A DNA stretch of 64,000 bases from a virus (taxonomy: Duplodnaviria > Caudoviricetes): IMG/VR virus record IMGVR_UViG_3300033121_001619, positions 32,001-96,000 of that record. The stretch is one strand, 5' to 3'. The position numbers were made by a program, and so were the translations under genes. The notes under the pieces are model-generated. The model searched no databases. It saw only the letters and a list, made by a program, of their open reading frames with translations, and was not told where the DNA came from. Numbering within the stretch: the stretch's first letter is position 1; the number at the start of each line of letters is the position of its first letter. Shown here in pieces: positions 38,454 to 48,022 of the stretch.

Positions 38454-40402
38454 CAAGTTCTCCACGTCGACATGACTGCCGGCTGCTCTCTATCCACTCT
38501 CAGATGAGGAACACACGTACCGTTCCACTTCTTGTGCCAAACCCATCCACCGGTCTTGCTGACAATCTCATTCGCCCGCTGTTCGATCATGTCGTCGGTT
38601 ACTTCAGACCATGGGAGGTCGAACATCATGTTCGTGTCCGCGGTGTCTCTCATGTCGGTATCGTAAAGGGAATTCCAGTGGCGCGTCCAGTAATCCCTGT
38701 ACGTTTTCATCTTCCTCTTCATGTCATACCAAGAGTAGTGATGAACGCCCGGTATGTGGTTCACGACTTCGTTGAACCACCGCTGATAGACTTCCAGGGC
38801 CTGTCTATTTCCCGCTATGGCGTGAAGACGTGCGGACTCCATCTGGGGCGTGTGGAACGTGACGTGCATGCAGGGATTGCCAGAATCGGCATAGATCATG
38901 TCACATCCATCAGTGCCGGGATGGGCACAGAGACGTCCAGAGGAGTCTGTCTTCCTGAGACTCATCGGTATTCCGTGCGTGATGTTCTCTTTGTTCCGTG
39001 AGAGACGCCACTTCCAAGGCTGGATGTCTGCCCGGACCTTGTCAGGGCCACCCCAGTACTCGATGACAGGTAGACAGAGAACGTCGACGTCGTTCGGGAT
39101 CTTCTCGCAGAGGTTTCGAATCATGTCGTAGTCGTCCTCATGGACTACTTCGTCGGAATCCATCTGCCAACAGAACTCTGACGTACACATGGAACGTGCT
39201 TCTGCCTTCTGCATGCCGTCAAAGACAGCGAAGCGCGGATCATCCCAGTCACGTTTGACTTGTTTGACCCTGATCTTGAGGACAGGCTCACCTGTCTTAG
39301 GATCCTGGACAGCTGTCTCCGCAGCTAGCTTGAGCAGCGTCTCGTACGTACCATCCGTCGATCCTCCATCGACGACGCAGATCTCGTCACAGAATCCTAG
39401 CATCGACTCGATGCTTTGCACAAATGGATAATTCTGCTTGATGCAGTTGTACGTCGTGGTGTAACCACTGATGGTCCGACGTTTGGCGATGACCGTCGAC
39501 ATGACCTTCCAGAAGTATCCCGGCGCAGCCAAGAGATATTCGAAGATGTTCTCGATGTTAGGATCGGTGAACCAATCTTCGTCTTTGTGCTGGACGTTGT
39601 CGTTCAGCACTAGCTCGCAACCAAGAAGCTTCGCTTCTATGACTAGTCGCGGGCATGTATCACCGCCGGCAGGAAGATACACCAGACCACGACTCTTCGA
39701 CAAAAGTTGCAACGTCTGGTCGTACGACATCCCGGCGATCGATCGTGCTTTCAATCCGTGCTTCTCGATGTATTCCTTCGCGAGTGACGTCCCCTTCACC
39801 CAGGAATTGGATTCGAGATACACCCAGTCGGATCGACTGGGATCATTGGGTGGGAGTGACAACTGACGAATCTTCTCCAACGTCGACTTCGAGAAGACAC
39901 TGGAGAGAACGAGGGAGTCCTTCGACGCTAGGGATGGAAACTTCTGGAGGTAGTGATTCTTCTGCTTCTCTGACATCCACCAGATGAAGGACGCTCCGGC
40001 GAAGAATGACGACACGATGTGGCCCGTCGTTTGCGACGCACAGTTGCACTGTCCTTGAGAAAGAGCATGCTTCTCTGGGGATCTCATGGTGCAATACTTG
40101 TAGTCGTACTCAACGATCGAGTACCTCAGATTTGAGATGATCGTTGGGATCAGGTTTGCCTTGAGCATCGAGAAATTCCCAAATATCCAGAATTTCTCGA
40201 CCCCCTGCGAGAGGCATGCCAGATCGACTTCTGACGATCTGAGTCTCTGGACCTTGAGTGGAGATTCATCGATGATTGCATCCGTTGTGAGCTCAGCTCC
40301 TCCTATGACGTCTTCTGAAAAGAAGTCAGCGACGAAAATCACGTCAGCGCTCGGATCGATCTTGATCTTTGGGTCTATGAAGATCTTTTCGTTGAATTCC
40401 AT
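38453..40402 (-). CDS. bifunctional glycosyltransferase (GT4-like N-domain plus GT2 C-domain)
   Basis: GGAEL...DTCPRLVIEAKLLG, followed by VDGGSTDGT...QMDSDE. Confidence 0.85.
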   Translation of the reverse strand: MEFNEKIFIDPKIKIDPSADVIFVADFFSEDVIGGAELTTDAIIDESPLKVQRLRSSEVDLACLSQGVEKFWIFGNFSMLKANLIPTIISNLRYSIVEYDYKYCTMRSPEKHALSQGQCNCASQTTGHIVSSFFAGASFIWWMSEKQKNHYLQKFPSLASKDSLVLSSVFSKSTLEKIRQLSLPPNDPSRSDWVYLESNSWVKGTSLAKEYIEKHGLKARSIAGMSYDQTLQLLSKSRGLVYLPAGGDTCPRLVIEAKLLGCELVLNDNVQHKDEDWFTDPNIENIFEYLLAAPGYFWKVMSTVIAKRRTISGYTTTYNCIKQNYPFVQSIESMLGFCDEICVVDGGSTDGTYETLLKLAAETAVQDPKTGEPVLKIRVKQVKRDWDDPRFAVFDGMQKAEARSMCTSEFCWQMDSDEVVHEDDYDMIRNLCEKIPNDVDVLCLPVIEYWGGPDKVRADIQPWKWRLSRNKENITHGIPMSLRKTDSSGRLCAHPGTDGCDMIYADSGNPCMHVTFHTPQMESARLHAIAGNRQALEVYQRWFNEVVNHIPGVHHYSWYDMKRKMKTYRDYWTRHWNSLYDTDMRDTADTNMMFDLPWSEVTDDMIEQRANEIVSKTGGWVWHKKWNGTCVPHLRVDREQPAVMSTWRT

Positions 40403-40494
40403 TCGTATCTTCTTTCTTAGCTCTTCTTAGCTCAATTGTCTAGTCGTTTTTAGACTATTTACAGTGAAGCCACCTTCGTTCAAGGCATAGATCA
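40402..40494. promoter_or_regulatory. divergent promoter region
   Basis: AT-rich spacer at the strand switch; contains TATTTA at 40456-40461. Confidence 0.5.
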
Positions 40495-40997
40495 TGGTGA
40501 TGAAAAAAAGATTGCTTGACATACATCGTGAGTCAGACGACCAGCTGGACGTGATACACAGGAAGGTGTCCGATGCTAGCGTGTTGAACGGCGGATTCGA
40601 TAGACTCATGTTCAAGATCGATCGCATCGAAGCTGGACAGGAACAGCTGGTGTCGAAGGTGGACAAGATCCACGATGCGATCTACGATCCTGCCGAGGGA
40701 CTCTTCGCGAAGATGTCAGAACACAAGCTATCATCTACGATGAAGATAAACGAAGTCCAGCAACACGTAGCGTCTCTCACTGAGTGGAAGTCAGCGAAGG
40801 AAGACAGTGAAGCTCAGTCAGTCAAGACTCATGACGAATACGACGAACGTCTAGAGAAAGTCAAGCAAGATCTTGGCATACTCCAGGCAGACAGGGCGTT
40901 CGTCGTTTCCTTCCTGAAGTGGGTCGGAGTCGCGATCGGAGGCGGAATCGTGACGATCCTGATAGGACTGATTCAGTCGAAGCTAAACATCAAGTGA
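40494..40997 (+). CDS. coiled-coil protein with a C-terminal transmembrane helix (XhlA/holin-like)
   Basis: Heptad-rich body ending in FLKWVGVAIGGGIVTILIGLI. Confidence 0.6.
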   Translation: MVMKKRLLDIHRESDDQLDVIHRKVSDASVLNGGFDRLMFKIDRIEAGQEQLVSKVDKIHDAIYDPAEGLFAKMSEHKLSSTMKINEVQQHVASLTEWKSAKEDSEAQSVKTHDEYDERLEKVKQDLGILQADRAFVVSFLKWVGVAIGGGIVTILIGLIQSKLNIK

Positions 40998-41029
40998 ACG
41001 ATGTGATGTCATGACTGTAATGTCATGAC

Positions 41030-42172
41030 ATGTCTCTCAATGCCGTCTTGCCAATTCTTCGCAAGAATCTCCAGATTGATACGTCAGTGGCTCAAGGACC
41101 AGAGCGGATCATGACCCTCGACTGGTTGAGCCACATGAGTCTGATCAAACCTAGGGATAGTTCCACAAGAGACGTGTACGAGAGAATCATGACTCTTTCT
41201 TCACGTGCCGAGAAAGAATGCCCCCGCGCCGGCAGACATCTCATCGATCTCATCGTCAACGATGGGAGGTCTAGTCTTCCTAGACCACGTGTGATTCGAA
41301 ATCGAAGTGATTTCGTCGCCATCGTGAGGGATCACGTTAGATCCTCACGATCTATCGACGTCATCATGCAAATACTCGATGAGTGCGATGACACGACCCG
41401 AATAATCATGCGACGGACTAGTGGAAGCCTGGTTCGAATCGAAACGGAATTGGGCTGCAGGATACAGGGAAACTCGATCACGTCGGACGTCATCGATGAC
41501 GATGACACGTACGTTGCGTGCATCGATGGATTCATAGAGACGGTCGCCGAGATACATGACGTCCTGAGCTTCCTGTCTTCCGATGTTTCGGAAAGCGGTA
41601 GTCCAAAACCGTGTCTCATTCTTGCGAGAGGCGCGTCTCAAGACGTAGCTTCGACTCTTCATGCCAACTTTTTGAATGGGCGTCTTCGGACCGTGTGCTT
41701 CATCATTGAGTGGAAACCTGAGACTGTCAACGGGCTGTCGGACGCATGCATCATTTCTGGCGCCGACATGATATCACTTCTCAGGGGAGACGTGGTATCG
41801 TCATTGACACCGACACGTTTGGGAAGAGTGGCTCACTGTAGGACGACACGCTCCGACGTTGTTTTGACCCCAAGCGATGATCGTCTAGGAATCGTGACGA
41901 AGAAGTCGTCGATCTTGGCCGAAGAGGCGTCAACTTTCGCTCAGGATCGATCATATGCTCTGTCGACTAGGAACATCGTCGTGGACATCCCAGATTCTCA
42001 CACCCACGACGCCATGGCATGCGACGTGGATTTCGGCATCAGATGCTTGCTAGCCGCCATGAGAGGAGACGTCGATCCTCTAGAATCTGCTCGCCGGCAA
42101 TATGAGACGTATCGTTCGATCATAGCGGGGTCCATTTACGTCGGTCAGACAGGTGTTACGTTCGATACATGA
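41030..42172 (+). CDS. divergent GroEL/chaperonin-like protein (apical domain recognisable)
   Basis: IDGFIETVAEIHDVL...KPCLILARGASQDVASTLHAN...LSDACIISGA resembles the GroEL apical domain. The GDGTTT ATP motif is absent. Confidence 0.55.
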   Translation: MSLNAVLPILRKNLQIDTSVAQGPERIMTLDWLSHMSLIKPRDSSTRDVYERIMTLSSRAEKECPRAGRHLIDLIVNDGRSSLPRPRVIRNRSDFVAIVRDHVRSSRSIDVIMQILDECDDTTRIIMRRTSGSLVRIETELGCRIQGNSITSDVIDDDDTYVACIDGFIETVAEIHDVLSFLSSDVSESGSPKPCLILARGASQDVASTLHANFLNGRLRTVCFIIEWKPETVNGLSDACIISGADMISLLRGDVVSSLTPTRLGRVAHCRTTRSDVVLTPSDDRLGIVTKKSSILAEEASTFAQDRSYALSTRNIVVDIPDSHTHDAMACDVDFGIRCLLAAMRGDVDPLESARRQYETYRSIIAGSIYVGQTGVTFDT

Positions 42173-42423
42173 ACAAGATCGATACCACCACCAAGCAAGT
42201 CAAGGATGCATTCGAGTACGCCAAGTCAAAGACGATATCGATGATCGTCAGCGCCGCACCGCCTCAGACCCCGGACGAGGAGAGGCGTCTCAAGACAGTG
42301 ATCGATTGCGTCACTAGCGGAATCGACGAGGCGTTCCTAAAGACCGCACCATCACTCCAGAAGTCGTTTGCTGCGCTGCTCGCGGGGAAGTTAGCATGTC
42401 CACAGTCGGACACATCCACCTGA
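42169..42423 (+). CDS. hypothetical protein
   Basis: 84-aa ORF. In-frame TTA at 42391-42393 lies 2 nt before the next ATG. Confidence 0.65.
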   Translation: MNKIDTTTKQVKDAFEYAKSKTISMIVSAAPPQTPDEERRLKTVIDCVTSGIDEAFLKTAPSLQKSFAALLAGKLACPQSDTST

Positions 42424-42857
42424 TCGCGTGCAGGTGTGTCCTTCCTCACTTGAAGTCTTCGAAGGATCCTCCGCCTCACAGATTTCGAGTTTTCACGCGG
42501 CTGGTGGACGACGTCCCGGTCGTGAAATACGCTCAGTGCAACAATTGTGGGCTAGTTCATCGTGTGACTGACTTGGGTAGGTCGGAGATCACAGGAAAGG
42601 ATGAGGGAAGATCGGTGAAGACGATCTCCGACATCAAGCCGCTCTTGCCTGAAAAACTCGTGAGCATCCTGGAGTCTAACGATGCTGATCTCGCATCTTA
42701 CGAGCTATGCGAGCACGTACTCAACCATCAGGAGTGGGGAAGATTCGTAGTCCTCTCGTCCGAACCTGACGGATCGATCACTCACGTGAAGATCTTGGAG
42801 ATGATGGGTCCCAACTTTTTCCGTGTAGAGACAGAAGAGAGACAAGATACATTCTAG
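42396..42857 (+). CDS. hypothetical zinc-binding protein
   Basis: HLIACRC...AQCNNCGLVH. Confidence 0.7.
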   Translation: MSTVGHIHLIACRCVLPHLKSSKDPPPHRFRVFTRLVDDVPVVKYAQCNNCGLVHRVTDLGRSEITGKDEGRSVKTISDIKPLLPEKLVSILESNDADLASYELCEHVLNHQEWGRFVVLSSEPDGSITHVKILEMMGPNFFRVETEERQDTF

Positions 42858-42862
42858 ACGAG

Positions 42863-43102
42863 GTGTCCATGTCGAAGACAGTCACGAAGAAGCAACTCGA
42901 AGACTTGAACAACGACTCACTAGCTGCTAGAGAAGTGGTTCGTGAGATCATGAATTTCGGCGTAAATGAGCGTCAGAAAGTCATAATCATCCAAAGCCTC
43001 GCCATGACGCTAGAGGACAATGAACTCATGCGAGCTTTGCTTGATTGCATCTCTGACATTGCTGGAGACAAGGTCTTCATCTCGAAGATGTTTGGAGAAT
43101 GA
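42863..43102 (+). CDS. hypothetical protein
   Basis: 79-aa ORF in the operon (REIMNFGVNERQ). Confidence 0.65.
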   Translation: MSMSKTVTKKQLEDLNNDSLAAREVVREIMNFGVNERQKVIIIQSLAMTLEDNELMRALLDCISDIAGDKVFISKMFGE

Positions 43103-43103
43103 C

Positions 43104-43751
43104 ATGGGACGTCAATCAAATTCCAGGCTATCGAATTCGTCTCGCCAAGATTCACGACATCCCAGTGCCGATGCCGAATTCGGAGGAATGGCTCTCTCTG
43201 CCGGCGATGCTAGCAGGATCGTCGTCTTGCATGGCGAGGTCAACGAGACGTCTGTCTCGGTCGTTGTCGCCAATCTCTTGCATATGGCTTCGGTCGACTT
43301 GAGTCCCATCTACCTTGTCATCTCGACGTACGGTGGATCTGTCGATGAGATGTTCACGTTGTACGACACCATCAAATTCCTCCCATGCCCAGTCCACACG
43401 ATCGCTTTGGGAAAGGTCATGTCAGCTGGAGTGTTGCTGTTGGCTTCTGGGACGAAGGGTAAACGCATGATCGGAAAGTCTGCGAGGATCATGATACACC
43501 CGGTTTCGGGCGGAGCGACGGGAAATGTGTTTCAGGTCGTTGCAGAAGCCGACGAACACGTCAGACTCCAGGACCAAATGGCGGACGCGATCGCCAATGA
43601 GACGAAGATGACACGTCAGAAGGTCAGGAAGATCATGTCGACCGGTCACGACGTCTACATCACGCCCGATGACGCTGTGAAGTACGGCATCGTGGACAAA
43701 ATCATCGGAGCTTCCGTCAGGGACGTCATGAAAAGTTCGGAGTTAGTGTAG
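43104..43751 (+). CDS. clpP: ATP-dependent Clp protease proteolytic subunit
   Basis: ISTYGGSV, GKVMSAG (Ser), IMIHP (His), D, AVKYGIVDKII. In-frame TTA at 43743-43745. Confidence 0.9.
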   Translation: MGRQSNSRLSNSSRQDSRHPSADAEFGGMALSAGDASRIVVLHGEVNETSVSVVVANLLHMASVDLSPIYLVISTYGGSVDEMFTLYDTIKFLPCPVHTIALGKVMSAGVLLLASGTKGKRMIGKSARIMIHPVSGGATGNVFQVVAEADEHVRLQDQMADAIANETKMTRQKVRKIMSTGHDVYITPDDAVKYGIVDKIIGASVRDVMKSSELV

Positions 43752-43764
43752 TACAACATAGATC

Positions 43765-45402
43765 ATGCCACGTCATGACTATCGACCCTTCTTTCCGTTC
43801 GATGACGTGCGTTCGGAGCAGGATGAGGCGATAAGATTTGCAATCGATGCATTCGAGTCTGGGAAGAAGTACGTAGTTCTCGAGCTTCCGACCGGGATTG
43901 GAAAATCAGCCATAGGACTCACGGTAGCACGCTACATGAATCAGCACGGAGACGACGTGCTTGATGCGGAAGGTCTACCTGTTCAGCGCACGTCATACGT
44001 GCTGACAACACAAAAGATACTCCAGGATCAGTATGTCAAGGATTTCGGAGAGGCGTCCGGAAGAGACGTCCTGAGATCCATCAAGTCATCGTCGAATTAT
44101 TCGTGTGGATTCTACTCAGGATCGACGTGTGCTGACTCGCGAAGACTCATGCGACTCATGTCAAAGGAAGTCGCAGGAACAGAATTCGAGAGACACTGTA
44201 AGTCATCGAAATGCCCGTACGCGTCTGCCAAGGCAGAGTTCGAGGCGTCTCTGGTGTCGTTGACGAATTTTCCGTTCTTCCTCGCTAGCAAGAATCTGTC
44301 TACACGCTCAACGCTGGTGATCGATGAGTGTCACAATGCTGAGTCGGAATTGGCTAAATTCGTGGAAGTCTCCTTTTCGGAGAGATTCGCGAAGGACATA
44401 CTGAAGTGCAAGGTCCCGAAGATAGACTCGCAGCAAGCAGCCTTCGATTGGGTGTGTGCTTCTTATAAGCGTGCGCTTCTCAAGCATCAAAAGTCGATCA
44501 ATGAGCGTCTGAAGTCAGGAGATCGTGGAGAGAACTCCAGACAAGCCGAGATGCTGGAGAAGCACGTGGAGAAAGTCCTGAAGTTCATCCAGATATACGA
44601 TGAATCTAACTGGGTGATGAACGTCGTGTACCCGAAAGATGGAGCCAAGAGAGGATTTCGACGCTTCGAATTCAAGCCGGTCGACGTGTCCCACTTCGGT
44701 GGAGAACTTTTCGGGAACGCGGGAAGGATTCTAATGATGTCTGCCACAATAGTGGACAAGGACGTCTTTTGTCGATCGATTGGAATTCCCGTTGACGACG
44801 CGGCCTACCTGAGGCTAGCTTCCCCTTTCTCCGTCGAGAATCGTCCCGTCCTCTTCATGCCCGTGGGATCGATGTCGAAATCGAATATCGACAGAACGCT
44901 TCCGAAGATGGTCGAGACCATAAAAGAGATCTTGGCGATCCACCCCGACTCAAAGGGAATCATACACACGGCCAATTACAGGATAGCCAAGCACATCCAA
45001 GACTCGATACCGTCGGATCGATTCGTCTTCCACGAAGCTAGCAACAGAGAGGAAGCTCTCAAGTTTCACCTTGCGTCGAAGGATCCGACGGTCATAGTGT
45101 CTCCCTCGATGATGGAGGGAGTCGACTTGTCAGACGACGCGTCACGTTTTCAAGTGATCTGCAAGATACCGTTCCCGTATTTGGGAGACCTCATGGTGAA
45201 GCGGCGCATGGAGAGGGATTCAACGTGGTATCCTTACGTCACCGCGAAATCGATCATTCAGTCACTCGGAAGATCCATCAGGAACAAGGACGACCACGCG
45301 ATGTCGTACATCCTCGACAGCGACTGGACCAACTTCTACGCCAGGAATGAGAGAATGTTCACTGACGACTTTCGTTTGGCACTTCACAGTTTACTGCGGT
45401 GA
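43765..45402 (+). CDS. DinG/XPD-like SF2 helicase
   Basis: PTGIGKS, LQDQY, DECH, MSAT, SMMEGVDL, KIPFP, QSLGRSIR and ILD motifs. In-frame TTA at 45391-45393. Confidence 0.9.
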   Translation: MPRHDYRPFFPFDDVRSEQDEAIRFAIDAFESGKKYVVLELPTGIGKSAIGLTVARYMNQHGDDVLDAEGLPVQRTSYVLTTQKILQDQYVKDFGEASGRDVLRSIKSSSNYSCGFYSGSTCADSRRLMRLMSKEVAGTEFERHCKSSKCPYASAKAEFEASLVSLTNFPFFLASKNLSTRSTLVIDECHNAESELAKFVEVSFSERFAKDILKCKVPKIDSQQAAFDWVCASYKRALLKHQKSINERLKSGDRGENSRQAEMLEKHVEKVLKFIQIYDESNWVMNVVYPKDGAKRGFRRFEFKPVDVSHFGGELFGNAGRILMMSATIVDKDVFCRSIGIPVDDAAYLRLASPFSVENRPVLFMPVGSMSKSNIDRTLPKMVETIKEILAIHPDSKGIIHTANYRIAKHIQDSIPSDRFVFHEASNREEALKFHLASKDPTVIVSPSMMEGVDLSDDASRFQVICKIPFPYLGDLMVKRRMERDSTWYPYVTAKSIIQSLGRSIRNKDDHAMSYILDSDWTNFYARNERMFTDDFRLALHSLLR

Positions 45403-45440
45403 CGAACCACGTAGTATCTCGTCCACGAGGTGACACACAG

Positions 45441-45728
45441 ATGAGTATGAGCCAGACACTAGAAAAGTGGGATTCGATCAAGAACGCCATGACCGAGCTG
45501 GAGGATGACTTCACAAAGTTCGGGAAGGGTTCGCTAGCAGCCAGCGTTCGTCTCAGGCACGGTCTTCGTTCCTTGCAGAAGCTGGCTTCGGAGGCGGTGA
45601 AGGCCTCCAAGGAGTCGGACAAGTTGATCAAGGAGGAGCGCAAAAAGGAGCGTGCCGCCGCGCCCCCGGATCAGAAGAAGAGGGGAGGCTTCAAGAAGAA
45701 GACCCCGGAGAATCCCGCGGGGAACTGA
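45441..45728 (+). CDS. Hc1/histone H1-like DNA-binding protein
   Basis: KFGKGSLAASVRLRHGLRSLQKLA plus a Lys-rich tail. Confidence 0.7.
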   Translation: MSMSQTLEKWDSIKNAMTELEDDFTKFGKGSLAASVRLRHGLRSLQKLASEAVKASKESDKLIKEERKKERAAAPPDQKKRGGFKKKTPENPAGN

Positions 45729-45738
45729 TGCGATACGA

Positions 45739-45770
45739 TTCGAGGACGCCTAGGCGTCCTCGAACGTTTT
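45739..45770 (+). terminator. perfect 26-bp palindrome, probable terminator
   Basis: TTCGAGGACGCCTAGGCGTCCTCGAA followed by CGTTTT, after the Hc1-like gene. Confidence 0.65.
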
Positions 45771-45795
45771 CGTTCCTTTGCATAGGTAGGGTTAC

Positions 45796-46314
45796 ATGAA
45801 GACAGCCATTCACAGGAAGTTGTTCGAACAGGGACTCGATCCACGATGCACATACGTGTCTGACAAGAAAGGGAACCTGATTCAGAAGTCAGACTCTGTG
45901 ACGACTATCGTTCCTTTCCTTGAGGAGCCCAAAGTCGTAGTCTCGAATGAGACACATTGGGAGATCGATCAACCGGTTCAAGTTTCAGTCGACACCGTTG
46001 TCTCTTTGGAACACCCGATCTTTGAGATCAGCTCCTCGACGAAAGGAAACGACGACGTCGCCCTCGTTCGAGAGACTGTGATCGAGCCGCCGCCAGAGAG
46101 AGACGAAGTGAAAAATGAAGTCGTCGAATCGTCAGAGAACATAACCGACTCCTCGGAGCCCCCCGCCGAGCTCGACGATCTTCGTCCGAGTGAGACGTCG
46201 ATGCCTTCCGATCCGAAGTCATCGCTGGTCGATCACAAAGATTCCGGAGAATTCAAGAAAGAAGCACCGACGGTCAAGGACGTCAAGGGATCTCCCGGGC
46301 GTCGCAAGAAGTGA
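45796..46314 (+). CDS. hypothetical acidic, low-complexity protein
   Basis: 172-aa ORF. Confidence 0.55.
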   Translation: MKTAIHRKLFEQGLDPRCTYVSDKKGNLIQKSDSVTTIVPFLEEPKVVVSNETHWEIDQPVQVSVDTVVSLEHPIFEISSSTKGNDDVALVRETVIEPPPERDEVKNEVVESSENITDSSEPPAELDDLRPSETSMPSDPKSSLVDHKDSGEFKKEAPTVKDVKGSPGRRKK

Positions 46315-46570
46315 TCGGATCGAACGTCTCTCTTAGCTTCTCGAAGATGGATCTCTCGATCTGACAGATCCTCATTCGGGTCAGTCCGTAGATCTCACCG
46401 ACGTCGTTGAGAGTGAGCGCACCTCCTCTCGTGGTCGCCACTATGCAATTTTTGCCTCGTGGATGATTGATCCATTGGCGGCACGTCTTCTTGTGACATC
46501 CGTCGGTAAGATCATTGACGACGTCGTAGCATTTCACCACAGGTAGATGTTTTTCCCGCTTTGCGCTCAT
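46283..46570 (-). CDS. small sigma70 region-4 HTH protein with a Cys-rich N-terminus
   Basis: LTLNDVGEIYGLTRMRICQIE. Confidence 0.75.
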   Translation of the reverse strand: MSAKREKHLPVVKCYDVVNDLTDGCHKKTCRQWINHPRGKNCIVATTRGGALTLNDVGEIYGLTRMRICQIERSIFEKLRETFDPITSCDAREIP

Positions 46571-46619
46571 TTCGATGTACGATCCTTAGCAGGATCGACT
46601 AACACGTTCAAGGCTAAGC

Positions 46620-47984
46620 ATGAAGAAGACATATGTCCTCGACACCAACGTCCTCATTAGTGACCCGGGAAGTCTCGAGGCTTTCGACAACAACGACGTC
46701 ATTGTCCCACTTCTTGTCGTCGAAGAGCTCGACAGGCTCAAGACGAGGAACGACGACGTCGGTAGGAATTCGAGAGAAGTGAATCGACGCTTGTCAGCGC
46801 TATGCGACAAGGGCGACGTTCGATTGGGAGTCCCGACGACATCGGGAGGTACTATTCGAATATCGTCGATCTCATCGACGCCTCGGAGATATCTTCCACC
46901 CGAGATGAGCACGACGTCGGTCGACAACATGATCGTAGAGTTCATGTTGAATCAGACCGAGGGTACCGTGCTAGTCTCTCGGGACGTGAACATCCGCGTC
47001 AAGTGTGCGTCGCTAGGAATCAAGGCTGAAGATTATCGACGCGATCGCGTCATGTCGAAGGCAGACGAACTGTATACTGGCGTCGCAGTTGTCACGACGA
47101 ACAAGGATGAGGTCTTCGATCGTCTCAGGGAGACGGGGATCATTCATGCGAGAGAGATCCCCGAGATCGACAAGAAGATATACCCCAACCAGATCGTCGT
47201 CTTGAAGAACGGCAATCGAGAGAGTCAGTCGATGATCTCGCGCGTCCGGAGAGGTTCTGACGGAACCGTGCTCAAGCTCATCAATAAAATCGACGACGTG
47301 TATGGAGTGAAACCAAGGAACAAGGAACAGATATTCTCTCTCGACCTCCTGCTCGACCCAGAAGTCAAACTCGTGACACTGGGCGGTACCGCCGGATGTG
47401 GGAAGACCCTGTTGGCATTGGCGGCAGCCCTAGACCAACTGGAGGGTCTCGGATCCAGACCGCTATACCAGAAGATAGTGGTGTCTAGACCCGTGCAGCC
47501 GATTGGTAAGGACATCGGCTTCTTGCCTGGAACGCTCGAGGAGAAGCTAGATCCATGGATCGCACCCATTCGTGACAATCTCGAGCAACTCACCGAGAAG
47601 AAGAAGACAGGCAAGGGAAACAAGCCGGCCAAGGGAACGTTGAGCGATCCATACATCGACATCATGAGAGAGAACGGAAAGATCGAGATCGAGGCCATCA
47701 CTTTCATTCGAGGTCGGTCCATCCCGAATTCCTTCATCATCATCGACGAGTCTCAGAACTTGTCGATACACGAACTCAAGACCATCCTGACGAGGGTCGG
47801 TGATGGAACGAAGATCGTGTTGACGGGTGACGTGGAACAGATCGACAACGTTCACGTCGATGCTTTGACGAACGGATTGACACACGCCGTCGAGAAATTC
47901 AAGGACTACGACATAGCGGGTCACATCACGTTGATCAAGGGAGAGCGATCCGCTCTGGCGACGTTGGCTTCTCAGATCCTGTGA
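46620..47984 (+). CDS. phoH: PhoH-like ATPase with an N-terminal PIN domain
   Basis: YVLDTNVL (PIN), GTAGCGKT, GFLPG, RGRS, DESQN and GDVEQID motifs. Confidence 0.92.
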   Translation: MKKTYVLDTNVLISDPGSLEAFDNNDVIVPLLVVEELDRLKTRNDDVGRNSREVNRRLSALCDKGDVRLGVPTTSGGTIRISSISSTPRRYLPPEMSTTSVDNMIVEFMLNQTEGTVLVSRDVNIRVKCASLGIKAEDYRRDRVMSKADELYTGVAVVTTNKDEVFDRLRETGIIHAREIPEIDKKIYPNQIVVLKNGNRESQSMISRVRRGSDGTVLKLINKIDDVYGVKPRNKEQIFSLDLLLDPEVKLVTLGGTAGCGKTLLALAAALDQLEGLGSRPLYQKIVVSRPVQPIGKDIGFLPGTLEEKLDPWIAPIRDNLEQLTEKKKTGKGNKPAKGTLSDPYIDIMRENGKIEIEAITFIRGRSIPNSFIIIDESQNLSIHELKTILTRVGDGTKIVLTGDVEQIDNVHVDALTNGLTHAVEKFKDYDIAGHITLIKGERSALATLASQIL

Positions 47985-48022
47985 CGTGAGCGTATCGACG
48001 CTCCTGCATATTTGAGTCTGAC

